Positions 30,086-39,260 of a DNA stretch of 48,095 nt are shown piece by piece. The stretch lies in contig JBBIIL010000006.1 in the NCBI GenBank assembly GCA_037446495.1, forward strand, positions 33,462 to 81,556, in the 5' to 3' direction. Origin of the DNA: Chloroflexota bacterium (GTDB taxonomy: Bacteria; Chloroflexota; Limnocylindria; Limnocylindrales; CSP1-4). The translations under genes and the position numbers were made by a program. Each line of letters opens with the position of its first letter. Position 1 is the stretch's first letter. The notes beneath the pieces were generated by a model. It searched no databases. It was not told where the DNA came from and saw only the letters and a list, made by a program, of their open reading frames with translations.

Positions 30086-30282
30086 GTTCGGCTGCGGCAG
30101 TCCGGCGCCATCTGATGCCGGCTGCCACGCGAATTTGATGCACAAGCACCATGACCTGGCACGCGTGTGAGTCAGGATAGGTTCGAGCACGATGGTCGCC
30201 TGTCAATTCGGGCGATCCGTGCTTATATGCTTGCGACATGTATTTCGAGCCGCTGTGAGCTCGAGAGGGTGAGGGACCGTCA

Positions 30283-31683
30283 GTGGATCCTTTGATGCTA
30301 TCCCGATGGCAATTCGGGATCACCACCGTCTACCACTTCCTGTTCGTCCCGCTGACGATCGGGCTCGCGTTCACGACCGCCGGCTTCCAGACCGCCTGGT
30401 ACCGGACCGGCAAGGAGCACTACCTGCGCCTCACCCGGTTCGTCGGCGAGCTGTTCCTGATCAACTTTGCCCTCGGCATCGTGACCGGCATCGTCCAGGA
30501 GTTCCAGTTCGGCATGAACTGGAGCAGCTACAGCCGCTTCGTGGGCGACATCTTCGGGGCGCCGCTGGCCATCGAGGGCCTGTTGGCCTTCTTCCTGGAG
30601 TCCACGTTCCTGGGCCTGTGGATCTTCGGCTGGGGCCGCCTGGCCAGGGGCCTGCACCTGGCCACCATCTGGATCGCCGCCCTCGCCAGCGCTCTCTCCG
30701 CCTACATCATCCTCGCCGCCAACTCCTGGATGCAGCACCCGGTGGGCTACGAGGTCAACACGGTCGCCGGCCGCGCCGAGCTCAAGGACTTCCTCGCCGT
30801 CCTGACCAACGTGACGGCGCTGATCACCTTCCCGCACACGATCGCCGCAGCGTTCATGACCACCGGCGCGCTGCTGCTGGGCGTCGCGATGTGGCGCCTG
30901 CTCCGCCGCAGCGGTCAGGACGAGGGGGCGTTCCGGGCCACCGCCAAGGTGGGCGCCGTGATGCTGCTCGTGTCGGGCCTCGCGGTTGCCGTGACCGGCG
31001 ACATGCAGGGCAAAATCATGACCGATCAGCAGCCGATGAAGATGGCCGCGGCCGAGGCGCTCTGGCAGACCGAGCAGCCGGCCTCGTTCTCGATCTTCAC
31101 GATCGGCACGCTCGATGGCAGTCAGGACGTGTTCTCCATCCGGATCCCGACCCTGCTGTCGTTCCTCGCCACCGGCACGTTCGACGGCAAAGTGGAGGGC
31201 GTCAACCAGATCCAGGCGCAGTACGCGCAGCAGTTCGGTCCTGGTGACTACACGCCCAACATCCCGGTCAGCTACTGGACCTTCCGCCTGATGATCGGCA
31301 CGGGCTTGCTTGCGGCTGCGGCGGCGCTCTGGTTCCTGTACCGCATGCGCCGGGGACGGCTGCCCGGGCGCGGCGCGCTGGCCATCGCGATGGCGCTGCC
31401 GTTCCTGCCGCTGGCCGCCAACTCGCTGGCCTGGATCTTCACCGAGATGGGCCGCCAGCCATGGATCGTGTTCGGCCTGATGCAGACCGCCAACGCAGTG
31501 TCGCCCACCTCGACCACGCTCGAGGTGCTCATCACGCTCATCGGCTTCACGGTGCTGTACGGCGCGCTGGCCGTGGTCATGGTTGGACTGATGGTCCGCC
31601 GCATTCGGGCCGGCCTTCCCGAGGCCACCGCCGATCGGAGCTTTGAGCACGGGGCCGAGCCCGAACTCGGCTTCGGCTACTAG
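30283..31683 (+). CDS. cydA: Cytochrome bd ubiquinol/menaquinol oxidase subunit I
   Basis: SRWQF..TTVYHFLFVP, QEFQFGMNW, EGLLAFFLES, ANSWMQHP, QPMKMAAAE, EMGRQPW; short Q-loop. Confidence 0.97.
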   Translation: MDPLMLSRWQFGITTVYHFLFVPLTIGLAFTTAGFQTAWYRTGKEHYLRLTRFVGELFLINFALGIVTGIVQEFQFGMNWSSYSRFVGDIFGAPLAIEGLLAFFLESTFLGLWIFGWGRLARGLHLATIWIAALASALSAYIILAANSWMQHPVGYEVNTVAGRAELKDFLAVLTNVTALITFPHTIAAAFMTTGALLLGVAMWRLLRRSGQDEGAFRATAKVGAVMLLVSGLAVAVTGDMQGKIMTDQQPMKMAAAEALWQTEQPASFSIFTIGTLDGSQDVFSIRIPTLLSFLATGTFDGKVEGVNQIQAQYAQQFGPGDYTPNIPVSYWTFRLMIGTGLLAAAAALWFLYRMRRGRLPGRGALAIAMALPFLPLAANSLAWIFTEMGRQPWIVFGLMQTANAVSPTSTTLEVLITLIGFTVLYGALAVVMVGLMVRRIRAGLPEATADRSFEHGAEPELGFGY

Positions 31684-31695
31684 GGGAGCACGGAC

Positions 31696-32697
31696 ATGGA
31701 CCTCACCACGATCTGGTTCGCCCTCATCGCGTTCCTCTGGATCGGCTACTTCGTCCTCGAGGGCTTCGACTTCGGCGTCGGGATGCTCCTGCCGATCCTC
31801 GGGCGCGATGAGCCTGGACGCCGCGCGATCCTGCGCACGATCGGCCCGGTCTGGGACGGCAACGAGGTCTGGCTGATCGTCGCCGGCGGCGCCACGTTCG
31901 CCGCGTTCCCCGAGTGGTACGCAACGCTGTTCTCGGGCTTCTACCTCGCGCTGTTCCTCATCCTCGTCGGGCTGATCGTTCGCGGCGTGGGCATCGAGTA
32001 CCGCAACAAGCGCAGCTCGCTGGTTTGGCGGACGCGCTGGGACATGCTGATCGCGGTGTCCAGCTTCATCCCGGCGCTCCTGTGGGGCGTGGCGTTCGCG
32101 AACATCGTGGCCGGCGTGCCGATCGACGCGAACAAGCAGTTCACCGGCAACCTGTTCACCCTGCTCAACCCGTTCGGGCTCCTGGGCGGGCTGACCACGC
32201 TGTCGCTGTTCCTCACCCACGGGCTGGTGTTCCTCGCGCTCAAGACCGAGGGCGACCTGCGCGAGCGGGCCAACCGGCTCGTCACGCCGGTCGGGCTCGC
32301 CACCGCGGTCATCGCCGTGGCGTTCCTCGCCTGGGCCACCGCCCAGACGGGAACGCTGGCCTCGTCGATCGCGGCCGTCGCGGCGGTGCTCGCCTTCGTC
32401 GGCGCCCTGCTCGCGAACCGTGTGAAGCGCGAGGGCTGGGCATTCCTGGGCTCGGCTGTGACGATCGCGCTGGCCGTGGCGAGCCTGTTCCTCGCGCTGT
32501 TCCCCGACGTGATGCCGTCGAGCACCAACCCGGCGTACAGCCTCACCGTGACCAACGCCGCGTCCACGCCCTATACCCTCACGATCATGACCGTGGTGGC
32601 AGTGGTCTTCACCCCGCTCGTCCTGCTCTACCAGGGGTGGACGTACTGGGTATTCCGCAAGCGGGTCACGGTGCAGGGTCCGGCCCCCAAGGCCTGA
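31696..32697 (+). CDS. cydB: Cytochrome bd oxidase subunit II
   Basis: LEGFDFGVG, GPVWDGNEVWLI, FAAFPEWYA, YQGWTYWVFRKRV. Confidence 0.97.
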   Translation: MDLTTIWFALIAFLWIGYFVLEGFDFGVGMLLPILGRDEPGRRAILRTIGPVWDGNEVWLIVAGGATFAAFPEWYATLFSGFYLALFLILVGLIVRGVGIEYRNKRSSLVWRTRWDMLIAVSSFIPALLWGVAFANIVAGVPIDANKQFTGNLFTLLNPFGLLGGLTTLSLFLTHGLVFLALKTEGDLRERANRLVTPVGLATAVIAVAFLAWATAQTGTLASSIAAVAAVLAFVGALLANRVKREGWAFLGSAVTIALAVASLFLALFPDVMPSSTNPAYSLTVTNAASTPYTLTIMTVVAVVFTPLVLLYQGWTYWVFRKRVTVQGPAPKA

Positions 32698-32725
32698 CGC
32701 CCTGCCCGGCCGCGTCCCCGGCCCG

Positions 32726-34447
32726 ATGAACGTGCATCGCCGCCTCCTGCTCGCCGGCGGGATCGCCGCTCCGGCGCTCGCCCTGGCAGTGGCCCTCGGC
32801 GTGGGCTCGACCGCGCTCGCGATCGCCCAGGCCTGGTTGCTGGCGCACGTCATCACGTCGGCCTTCCTCGATGGTGCCGGGGTGGGCGCGATGACCCCGG
32901 CACTGGTCGCCCTGTCCCTCGTGCTCGGCGCGCGAGCCGGGCTCGGGTGGGCAGCGGAGCTCGTCGCGGTGCGCATCAGCGGGCGGGTCAAGGCGGACCT
33001 CCGCGCGCGGGTGCTGGCGGCGGCCGTGGCGCTTGGCCCGCGGCTGGCGGCGGAACGGTCCACGGCGCGGACGGCCCTGCTTGCCACGCGCGGCCTCGAC
33101 GCGCTCGACGGCTACTACGCCCGGTACGTCCCGCAGCTGGTGCTGGCGCTCATCGTGCCGCTGGCGGTGGTGGTGTCCCTGGCGTTCGTGGACCTGGTTG
33201 CGGCGCTGACGGTGGCCCTCACGGTGCCGCTGATCCCGGTGTTCATGGCGCTGATCGGGCGCATGTCCGCGGCCTACCGGGACCGGCGGTGGGCGGCGCT
33301 GGGCCGACTGGCGCACCGGTTCGCCGACGTGGTCGCCGGCCTGCCCACGCTGCGGGCCTTCGGGCGTGCCGACGCGCAGGTGGCGACACTGCGCCGTGTC
33401 ACCGACGTCTACCGCGTCTCCACGATGGCCACGCTACGGGTGGCGTTCCTCTCGGCCATGGTCCTGGAGCTGCTGTCCACCATCTCCGTGGCGCTCGTGG
33501 CGGTGGGTGTCGGACTCCGCCTGGTGAACGGCGATCTGGGGCTCGAGGTGGGCCTCTTCGCGCTGGTGCTCGCTCCCGAGGCCTACCTGCCCCTCCGGCG
33601 GCTCGGCACGGAGTTCCACGCGGCCGAGGAGGGCGTTGCCGCGGCCCGCGAGGCGTTCGCGCTTGTGGACGAGACGCACGGTTCGCGCCTGAGGGCAGGC
33701 GCACCGTCGGGTGCCGAGCCGCCGGCCGTCCTCGCGGCGCTCCGGGTCGAGGGCCTGTGGGTCGAGCAGCCAGGACGCGAGGTTGCAGCGCCGGCCGGGC
33801 TGTCGCTCGAGGTGCGGCCGGGAGAGGTCGTCGCGATCACGGGGAAGAGCGGTGCTGGGAAAAGCACCCTCCTCGGGACGATCCTCGGGTTTGCCGTGCC
33901 GACGTCAGGACGGGTGGCCGTGCTGGGCGGGGACAGGACGTCGATGGACGTGACGGTTCTCGACACCGGGTCGTGGCTCGCCCGCGTCGCCTGGGTGCCG
34001 CAGGTGCCGTACCTCGCGCCGGGGACCGTGGCCGACAACGTGCGCCTGGGGGCGCCCGGGGCGAGTGACACCGAGGTGGCCGATGCGCTGGCATCGGTGG
34101 GCCTCGCCGACCTGCCGCTCGACTATGCGGTCGGCGAGCGGGGGAGCGGGCTCTCGGGCGGGCAGCGCCGACGCGTCGGCGTGGCCCGGGCGCTGGCCCG
34201 GCGGTCGGAGCTCCTGCTCCTCGACGAGCCCACGGCGGGCCTCGACGCCGAGGCCGAGGCTCGGGTGCTGGCCGCCGTCCGCGACGAGGCTCGGCGTGGC
34301 GCCGCGGTCCTGCTGGTCGCGCATCGCCCGGGCGCGGTGGCCGAGGCCGACCGGACGGTGGAGGTCCGGTGGGCCTCGTTGGCCGAGCCGGACGCGCCTC
34401 CCGAGGATGATGCGGCTGCACGCGACCTCGAGGCGGTGTCCGCGTGA
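32726..34447 (+). CDS. cydD: Thiol/heme ABC exporter subunit CydD
   Basis: TMD with GLDALDGYYARYVPQ, TMATLRVAFLS, LAPEAYLPLR..G..FHA; Walker A GKSGAGKST, LSGGQ, LLDEPT. Confidence 0.93.
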   Translation: MNVHRRLLLAGGIAAPALALAVALGVGSTALAIAQAWLLAHVITSAFLDGAGVGAMTPALVALSLVLGARAGLGWAAELVAVRISGRVKADLRARVLAAAVALGPRLAAERSTARTALLATRGLDALDGYYARYVPQLVLALIVPLAVVVSLAFVDLVAALTVALTVPLIPVFMALIGRMSAAYRDRRWAALGRLAHRFADVVAGLPTLRAFGRADAQVATLRRVTDVYRVSTMATLRVAFLSAMVLELLSTISVALVAVGVGLRLVNGDLGLEVGLFALVLAPEAYLPLRRLGTEFHAAEEGVAAAREAFALVDETHGSRLRAGAPSGAEPPAVLAALRVEGLWVEQPGREVAAPAGLSLEVRPGEVVAITGKSGAGKSTLLGTILGFAVPTSGRVAVLGGDRTSMDVTVLDTGSWLARVAWVPQVPYLAPGTVADNVRLGAPGASDTEVADALASVGLADLPLDYAVGERGSGLSGGQRRRVGVARALARRSELLLLDEPTAGLDAEAEARVLAAVRDEARRGAAVLLVAHRPGAVAEADRTVEVRWASLAEPDAPPEDDAAARDLEAVSA

Positions 34448-36111
34448 GCGCCATCGTCGCGGTCATGCGCCTGGGCCGGCCCGTCACGCCCCGACTCCTG
34501 CTCGCCGTGCTGGCCGGCGTCGGGGCGGCCGCGTGCGCCATCGGCCTCACGGCCACGTCGGCGTGGCTCATCTCCCGGGCCGCCGAGCAGCCGCCGGTGT
34601 TCGCCCTGATGCTGGCCATCACGGCCGTCCGGGCGTTCGGCATCGGGCGCGGCGTGCTGCGCTACGCCGAGCGCCTCGCGGCCCACGATGCCGCCTTCCG
34701 CGTGCTGGGCGAACTGCGCGGCGAGACGTACGCCCGCCTCGCCCGCCTCGCGCCGGCCGGTCTGGCGGAGCTGCGCTCGGGCGATCTGCTGGCGCGACTC
34801 GTGGGCGACGTGGACGGGCTCGCGGACCTGTGGCTCCGCGTCCTGCTGCCGGGCGCCTCGGCGGGGATCGCGGCGGCCGGCGCAGTGCTCCTGATCGGGG
34901 GGCTGCTGCCGGTCGCGGGCGCGGTGCTCGCGATCACCGTCCTGCTCACCGCGATCGGCGGACCGCTGGCCGCAGGGGTCGTTGGTCGCCGTGCGGAGCG
35001 CAGCCTCTCGCCAGCCCGAGGTGCCCTTGCCGAGGCCGCCCTCGAGACCCTGCGGGGAGCGCCGGAGCTGGTGGCGCTGGGGGCCGCAGCGCGAGCCCTG
35101 GACGGGGTGGCGGCAGCCGATCGACGCCTGGCCGCGGCAGAGCGCCGGTCCGCCCTGGGCGCCGGCACCGGCACGCTGGTCGCGGGTCTCGCGTCGGGCG
35201 CGGCCGTGTGGATCTCGCTCCTGGCCGGCATCGTGGCGGTGCGCGACGGGAGCCTCGCCGGCGTCGCCCTCGCAGTCGTGGTGCTCACACCGATCGCCGT
35301 CCACGAGGTCGTGGCGCCGCTGGCTCCGGCGGCGCGGCTGCTGCCGGGCCTCGCCGCCTCGGCGGGCAGGGTGACCGACCTGCTCGAACGCTCCGAGCCC
35401 GTGCACGAGCCGGCCGTCCCTGCCGACGTTCCGGATGGCCCGCTCGGACTCCGTGCCCGCGGCCTGCGCGTTCGCTACCCGGGGGCCGGGTCCGATGCGC
35501 TCGGTCCATTCGATCTCGACGTCTGCGCCGGCACCCGCGCGGTGCTCACCGGTCCCAGCGGAAGCGGCAAGTCCACGCTGGCTGCCGCCTGCCTTCGGTT
35601 CCTCGACCCGGCGGCCGGCTCGCTCACACTCGTCGGCGCGGACGGGACTGCGGCGGAGCTGACGACCCTCGCGGGCGACGACGTCCGCCGCGCGGTGGGC
35701 CTGTGCGAACAGGATCCGCACGTCTTCGACGGGACGCTGGGCGACAACCTGCGCCTCGCGCGACCGGGCGCCACCGGGGACGAGATCGACGCCGCCCTCG
35801 CGTCGGCTGGCCTGCTCGGCTTCGTGCGCTCGCTCCCGGCGGGCCTCGACACCCCGGTGGGGGAGCACGGTGCGCTGCTGTCCGGTGGGCAGCGGCAGCG
35901 CCTCGCCCTGACCCGCGCGCTCCTGGCCGACGTGCGCGTGCTCGTGCTCGACGAGCCGACGGAGCATCTCGACGAGGCCGCGGCGCGGGCGTTCGTCGCG
36001 GAGCTGCCGACGGCAACTGCCGGGCGAACCGTGCTGGTCCTGACCCACCGTCCGGAACTGTTCACCGCTGACGCATGGACGCGCGGCCCGGAGCTCCGCC
36101 CGGCCACGTAG
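34444..36111 (+). CDS. cydC: Thiol/heme ABC exporter subunit CydC
   Basis: SAWLISRAA, VRAFGIGRGVLRYAERLAAHD, RSGDLLARLVGDVD; Walker A GPSGSGKST, LSGGQ, LDEPTEHLD. Confidence 0.93.
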   Translation: MSAIVAVMRLGRPVTPRLLLAVLAGVGAAACAIGLTATSAWLISRAAEQPPVFALMLAITAVRAFGIGRGVLRYAERLAAHDAAFRVLGELRGETYARLARLAPAGLAELRSGDLLARLVGDVDGLADLWLRVLLPGASAGIAAAGAVLLIGGLLPVAGAVLAITVLLTAIGGPLAAGVVGRRAERSLSPARGALAEAALETLRGAPELVALGAAARALDGVAAADRRLAAAERRSALGAGTGTLVAGLASGAAVWISLLAGIVAVRDGSLAGVALAVVVLTPIAVHEVVAPLAPAARLLPGLAASAGRVTDLLERSEPVHEPAVPADVPDGPLGLRARGLRVRYPGAGSDALGPFDLDVCAGTRAVLTGPSGSGKSTLAAACLRFLDPAAGSLTLVGADGTAAELTTLAGDDVRRAVGLCEQDPHVFDGTLGDNLRLARPGATGDEIDAALASAGLLGFVRSLPAGLDTPVGEHGALLSGGQRQRLALTRALLADVRVLVLDEPTEHLDEAAARAFVAELPTATAGRTVLVLTHRPELFTADAWTRGPELRPAT

Positions 36112-36120
36112 ACTCGGTCC

Positions 36121-37509
36121 ATGGACGATACCGCGCTCTGCTTCCGGCCCGTCACCGAGCTCGCCCGGCTGATCCGCGCGGGCGACGTGAGCTCGGTCGA
36201 GGTCGTCGAGTCCTGCCTCGCGCGGATCGATGACGTCAACCCGCTGATCAACGCGGTGGTCCGCCTGGCGCCCGACGCGCTTGAGCGGGCGCGCACCGCC
36301 GACCGCGACTTCGAGCTGGGCGAGCCGCTCGGGCCGCTCCACGGCGTCCCGTTCACCATCAAGGACTCGCTCGACACCGCTGGCCTGGTCACGACCGCCG
36401 GCACCATCGGCTGGCGTGACCGCGTGCCCCGGCGCGACGCAACCGTGGTCGACCGCCTCCGGGCCGCCGGCGGGATCCTGCTGGGCAAGACGAACACGCC
36501 CGAGTTCACCTGGTCCGACGAGACGGACAACGACGTCTACGGGCGGACGTCGAACCCCTACGACCTCGAGCGGACGCCGGGCGGGAGCAGCGGCGGCCCG
36601 GGTGCCATCGTCGCCGCCGGGGGCTCGCCGTTCGACATCGGCAGCGACACCGGGGACTCGATCCGCCAGCCCGCGCACGTGTGCGGAATCGCGGGCATCA
36701 AGCCCACGCAGGGGCGGGTGCCCAGGACGGGCCACTGGCCGGGATACGCGGGGATGCTGGGCGCCCTCACGCAGCTTGGTCCGATGGCGCGGCGCGTGGA
36801 CGACCTCGCCCTCGTGCTGCCGCTGATCTCCGGCCCGGATGACGAGGACCCGCACGTCCCGCCCGTCCTCATGCCGGTCCTGTCGCGCCAGGAGGTTGAG
36901 GGGCTGCGCATCGTGGCGTTCACCGACAACGGGCTCCGCACGCCCACCCCGGCGACGGTCGCCACGGTCGAGGCCGCCATCAGCGCGCTCGCGGCTGCGG
37001 GCGCCGAGATCCGCCGCGAGGTGCCGCCCGGTCTCGCGGAGGCGTGGCGAGCCTGGGACGCGATGGTCCGCGCCGACGGCTGGGCTTGGCTGCAGCGGCT
37101 CATCACCGACGCGGGCACGCCCGGGATGGGCTCCTACGAGACTCGTGGCTGGCTGACGCCGGCGACCGCGCTCTCGGGCCCCGCGTTGGCCGTCCTGCTC
37201 GAGCGAGTCGACCGGATCCGTGCCGCCTTCCGCCACTGGATGGCCGACGTCGACGCCATCGCCTGCCCGGCCATGCCGCAGGCTGCCATCCGCCACGGCG
37301 AGAGCACCGCCGACTGGTTCGGCGACACCTACAGCGATGTGCACAACCTGACCGGCCTCCCGGCGGTCGTGGTCCGCGGCGGGTCCACGGACGACGGCCT
37401 GCCCATCGGCGTGCAGCTCGTGGCGCCGCCCTGGCGCGAGGACCTGGCGCTCGCCGCCGCGCGCGTCGTGGAGGCCGCGTCCGGCGGCTGGCAGCGCCCC
37501 CAGATCTGA
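36121..37509 (+). CDS. Amidase signature (AS) family enzyme
   Basis: GPLHGVPFTIKD (catalytic Lys), GKTNTPEF, TPGGSSGG, GSDTGDSIRQPA (nucleophile Ser), GLPIGVQL. Confidence 0.93.
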   Translation: MDDTALCFRPVTELARLIRAGDVSSVEVVESCLARIDDVNPLINAVVRLAPDALERARTADRDFELGEPLGPLHGVPFTIKDSLDTAGLVTTAGTIGWRDRVPRRDATVVDRLRAAGGILLGKTNTPEFTWSDETDNDVYGRTSNPYDLERTPGGSSGGPGAIVAAGGSPFDIGSDTGDSIRQPAHVCGIAGIKPTQGRVPRTGHWPGYAGMLGALTQLGPMARRVDDLALVLPLISGPDDEDPHVPPVLMPVLSRQEVEGLRIVAFTDNGLRTPTPATVATVEAAISALAAAGAEIRREVPPGLAEAWRAWDAMVRADGWAWLQRLITDAGTPGMGSYETRGWLTPATALSGPALAVLLERVDRIRAAFRHWMADVDAIACPAMPQAAIRHGESTADWFGDTYSDVHNLTGLPAVVVRGGSTDDGLPIGVQLVAPPWREDLALAAARVVEAASGGWQRPQI

Positions 37510-37572
37510 GGCGCGCCTTGTGCGTCAAGGACGGTTGGCAAGTCGGGCGCACTGGCTCGGCCCGAGACCGAG

Positions 37573-39024
37573 TCAGTCCGCCGGGAAGGCTGCGAGCAGC
37601 TCCTCTGCGGTGACTTCCGCGACGGGGCGCGCGATACGCTCGAAGCCGCGCCTCGACACGGCAACGACGGGGGTGTCTCGGCTGGCGCCGGCCAGGCGGA
37701 GAGTGGCATCCTCGAGCCGGGCGATGTCCGAACCGTCTAGGGGCTTCGCGGACCGCCACTTGACCGTTCCGACGAAGGCAAGCCGGACCTTGTCGCCAGG
37801 GTCCTCCCGGTCGGCGCCCACGAGATCGACCTCGACTTGGTTGTCCTTCGTCCAGAAGCCGCCGACGATCCGTCCTCCCTCCAGGCGTTCGTCGCCCGCC
37901 GCACTCATTCGCTCGAGGGCAGATCGGACGATCGGCTCCACCGCGGTGCCGGAGTAGTCCAGGAAGGCTCGCGCTATCCGGGCCGCGCTCGTTGCTCCGA
38001 TGCCGCGGTCGATCTCGCCACGGATCGGTTCGATGAAGCGGAGCCAGAAACGCAGATAGGGGTCCGCCACGCGGTAGCGACGCGCATCAGACCTGGCCAT
38101 GGAGAGCGGTAGCGCCGAGGTGATGACGCCCTTGTCGGCCAAGGTGCGAAGTGGATACCCCAGGTTCTTGCCGTCGATGCCAGTCCCATCAACGATGCCC
38201 TTGTGCGTCCGCTCGCCGGCGCCGATGACCGACAGGACCGTCCTGGCGGCGACGGCTGCCGGCAGCTCGCCGTCGAGGATCCGCGCGGCGGCGGTCACGA
38301 ACTCCGAGCTTGGATCCGCCAGCTCCTTGCGCAGAAACGACGCAAGGCTGCCACCGCGCCAGAGATCGACGATCTTCGGAAAGCCGCCCGTGACGAGGTA
38401 TGCGTCGATCGCCGTGTCTCCACTCCGACCTGTGATCTGGGAAACCTCGAGCGGAGACAGCGGTTCCACCATCAACTGACGCGTCGGACGCTGAAACAGG
38501 GGGAAGCCGTATGTCGTGAGCCGAGTCATCATCGAGAGGTCGGAGCCGATGAGGACAACAATCACCGGCAGCTTCTGCAACTCCCGCCACGCCGCCCGGA
38601 TCGCCCCCTCCTGTGGGCTGGGCGCCGGGTTGCCCTCGGCGTCCCGAACCTTGTCGCATAGGTCCGGGAACTCGTCGAGAACAATGACGGTCGGCTGTTC
38701 CCGGGACGCATTCGCCGCCGCTGCGACCAGCGCAGCCTGCCAGTCGCCGAAGGTGACGCCCGACGCCAGAGCAGCCGAGGGCAGCGAAGACGCGGCTATC
38801 GCGTCGCGAAACCGTCCGAGTTCCCGCGTCTCGGTGTAGCCGTGCGCCTCGAAGAACACGGCAGGGCCACCGTAGCCTTCGAGCCATCGCTCGGCGAGCG
38901 CGCTCTTGCCGACCTGCCGTCGACCTCGAATGGTGACGAGGCGGCCCTGCCCGGTCTGTCGGCACTCCTCGAGATCGGCCTGGAGGGCACGCAGCTCTCT
39001 ACCCCGCCCAACGAACCGTGGCAC
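37573..39024 (-). CDS. Archaeal-type AAA/STAND-like ATPase with wHTH and C-terminal DUF234 (PD-(D/E)xK-like) domain
   Basis: FVGRGREL, Walker A GRRQVGKS, Walker B VIVLDEFP, GGFP, YRVADPYLRFWLRF, W..D..EVDLVG and FVGTVKW. Confidence 0.85.
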   Translation of the reverse strand: MPRFVGRGRELRALQADLEECRQTGQGRLVTIRGRRQVGKSALAERWLEGYGGPAVFFEAHGYTETRELGRFRDAIAASSLPSAALASGVTFGDWQAALVAAAANASREQPTVIVLDEFPDLCDKVRDAEGNPAPSPQEGAIRAAWRELQKLPVIVVLIGSDLSMMTRLTTYGFPLFQRPTRQLMVEPLSPLEVSQITGRSGDTAIDAYLVTGGFPKIVDLWRGGSLASFLRKELADPSSEFVTAAARILDGELPAAVAARTVLSVIGAGERTHKGIVDGTGIDGKNLGYPLRTLADKGVITSALPLSMARSDARRYRVADPYLRFWLRFIEPIRGEIDRGIGATSAARIARAFLDYSGTAVEPIVRSALERMSAAGDERLEGGRIVGGFWTKDNQVEVDLVGADREDPGDKVRLAFVGTVKWRSAKPLDGSDIARLEDATLRLAGASRDTPVVAVSRRGFERIARPVAEVTAEELLAAFPAD

Positions 39025-39042
39025 GTCCGAGGCTCCATCGGT

Positions 39043-39106
39043 TTAGACTCTTAACCGTTCAGAGTCGAATCTGGTTAGAGTCTACTCCAGAGGACCTCGT
39101 CGTCAA
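39043..39106 (-). promoter_or_regulatory. Promoter and operator-like repeats of the ATPase gene
   Basis: Minus strand TTGACG (39106-39101), 16-bp spacer, TAGACT (39084-39079); three GACTCT/AGAGTC half-sites at 39043-39051, 39061-39069 and 39077-39084. Confidence 0.6.
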
Positions 39107-39195
39107 GGCATGACGGCGCGCTGATGGCGACAAGCGTCCGTCGCGTCACCGTAGACGAACCAACCGTTCTGGAGGCACAAGCGGCGCGCGACCGG

Positions 39196-39243
39196 TTGAC
39201 AGCGAGCGGCGACTAGAATACTGTACCGGCTGGACGGTACAGT
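39196..39243 (+). promoter_or_regulatory. TetR gene promoter with overlapping palindromic operator
   Basis: TTGACA (39196-39201), 17-bp spacer, TACTGT (39219-39224); perfect dyad ACTGTACCG-N6-CGGTACAGT (39220-39243). Confidence 0.8.
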
Positions 39244-39260
39244 CAGTTCGGAGTTCAGCC

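Noticed and set aside
30135-30148. Canonical FNR or Rex box upstream of cydA
   Set aside because: Only the TTGAT half matches FNR (the other half is AAGCA, not ATCAA), and no TTGTGAA-N4-TTCACAA Rex site is present.
36121-37509. gatA (Glu-tRNA amidotransferase subunit A)
   Set aside because: No gatB or gatC neighbours and no GatA-specific motifs. It is a generic amidase-signature enzyme.
37523-39108. 8-bp direct repeat CGTCAAGG flanking the ATPase gene as a target-site duplication
   Set aside because: An 8-mer match is plausible by chance, the right copy is the gene's own -35 (TTGACG on the minus strand), and there are no terminal inverted repeats or transposase.
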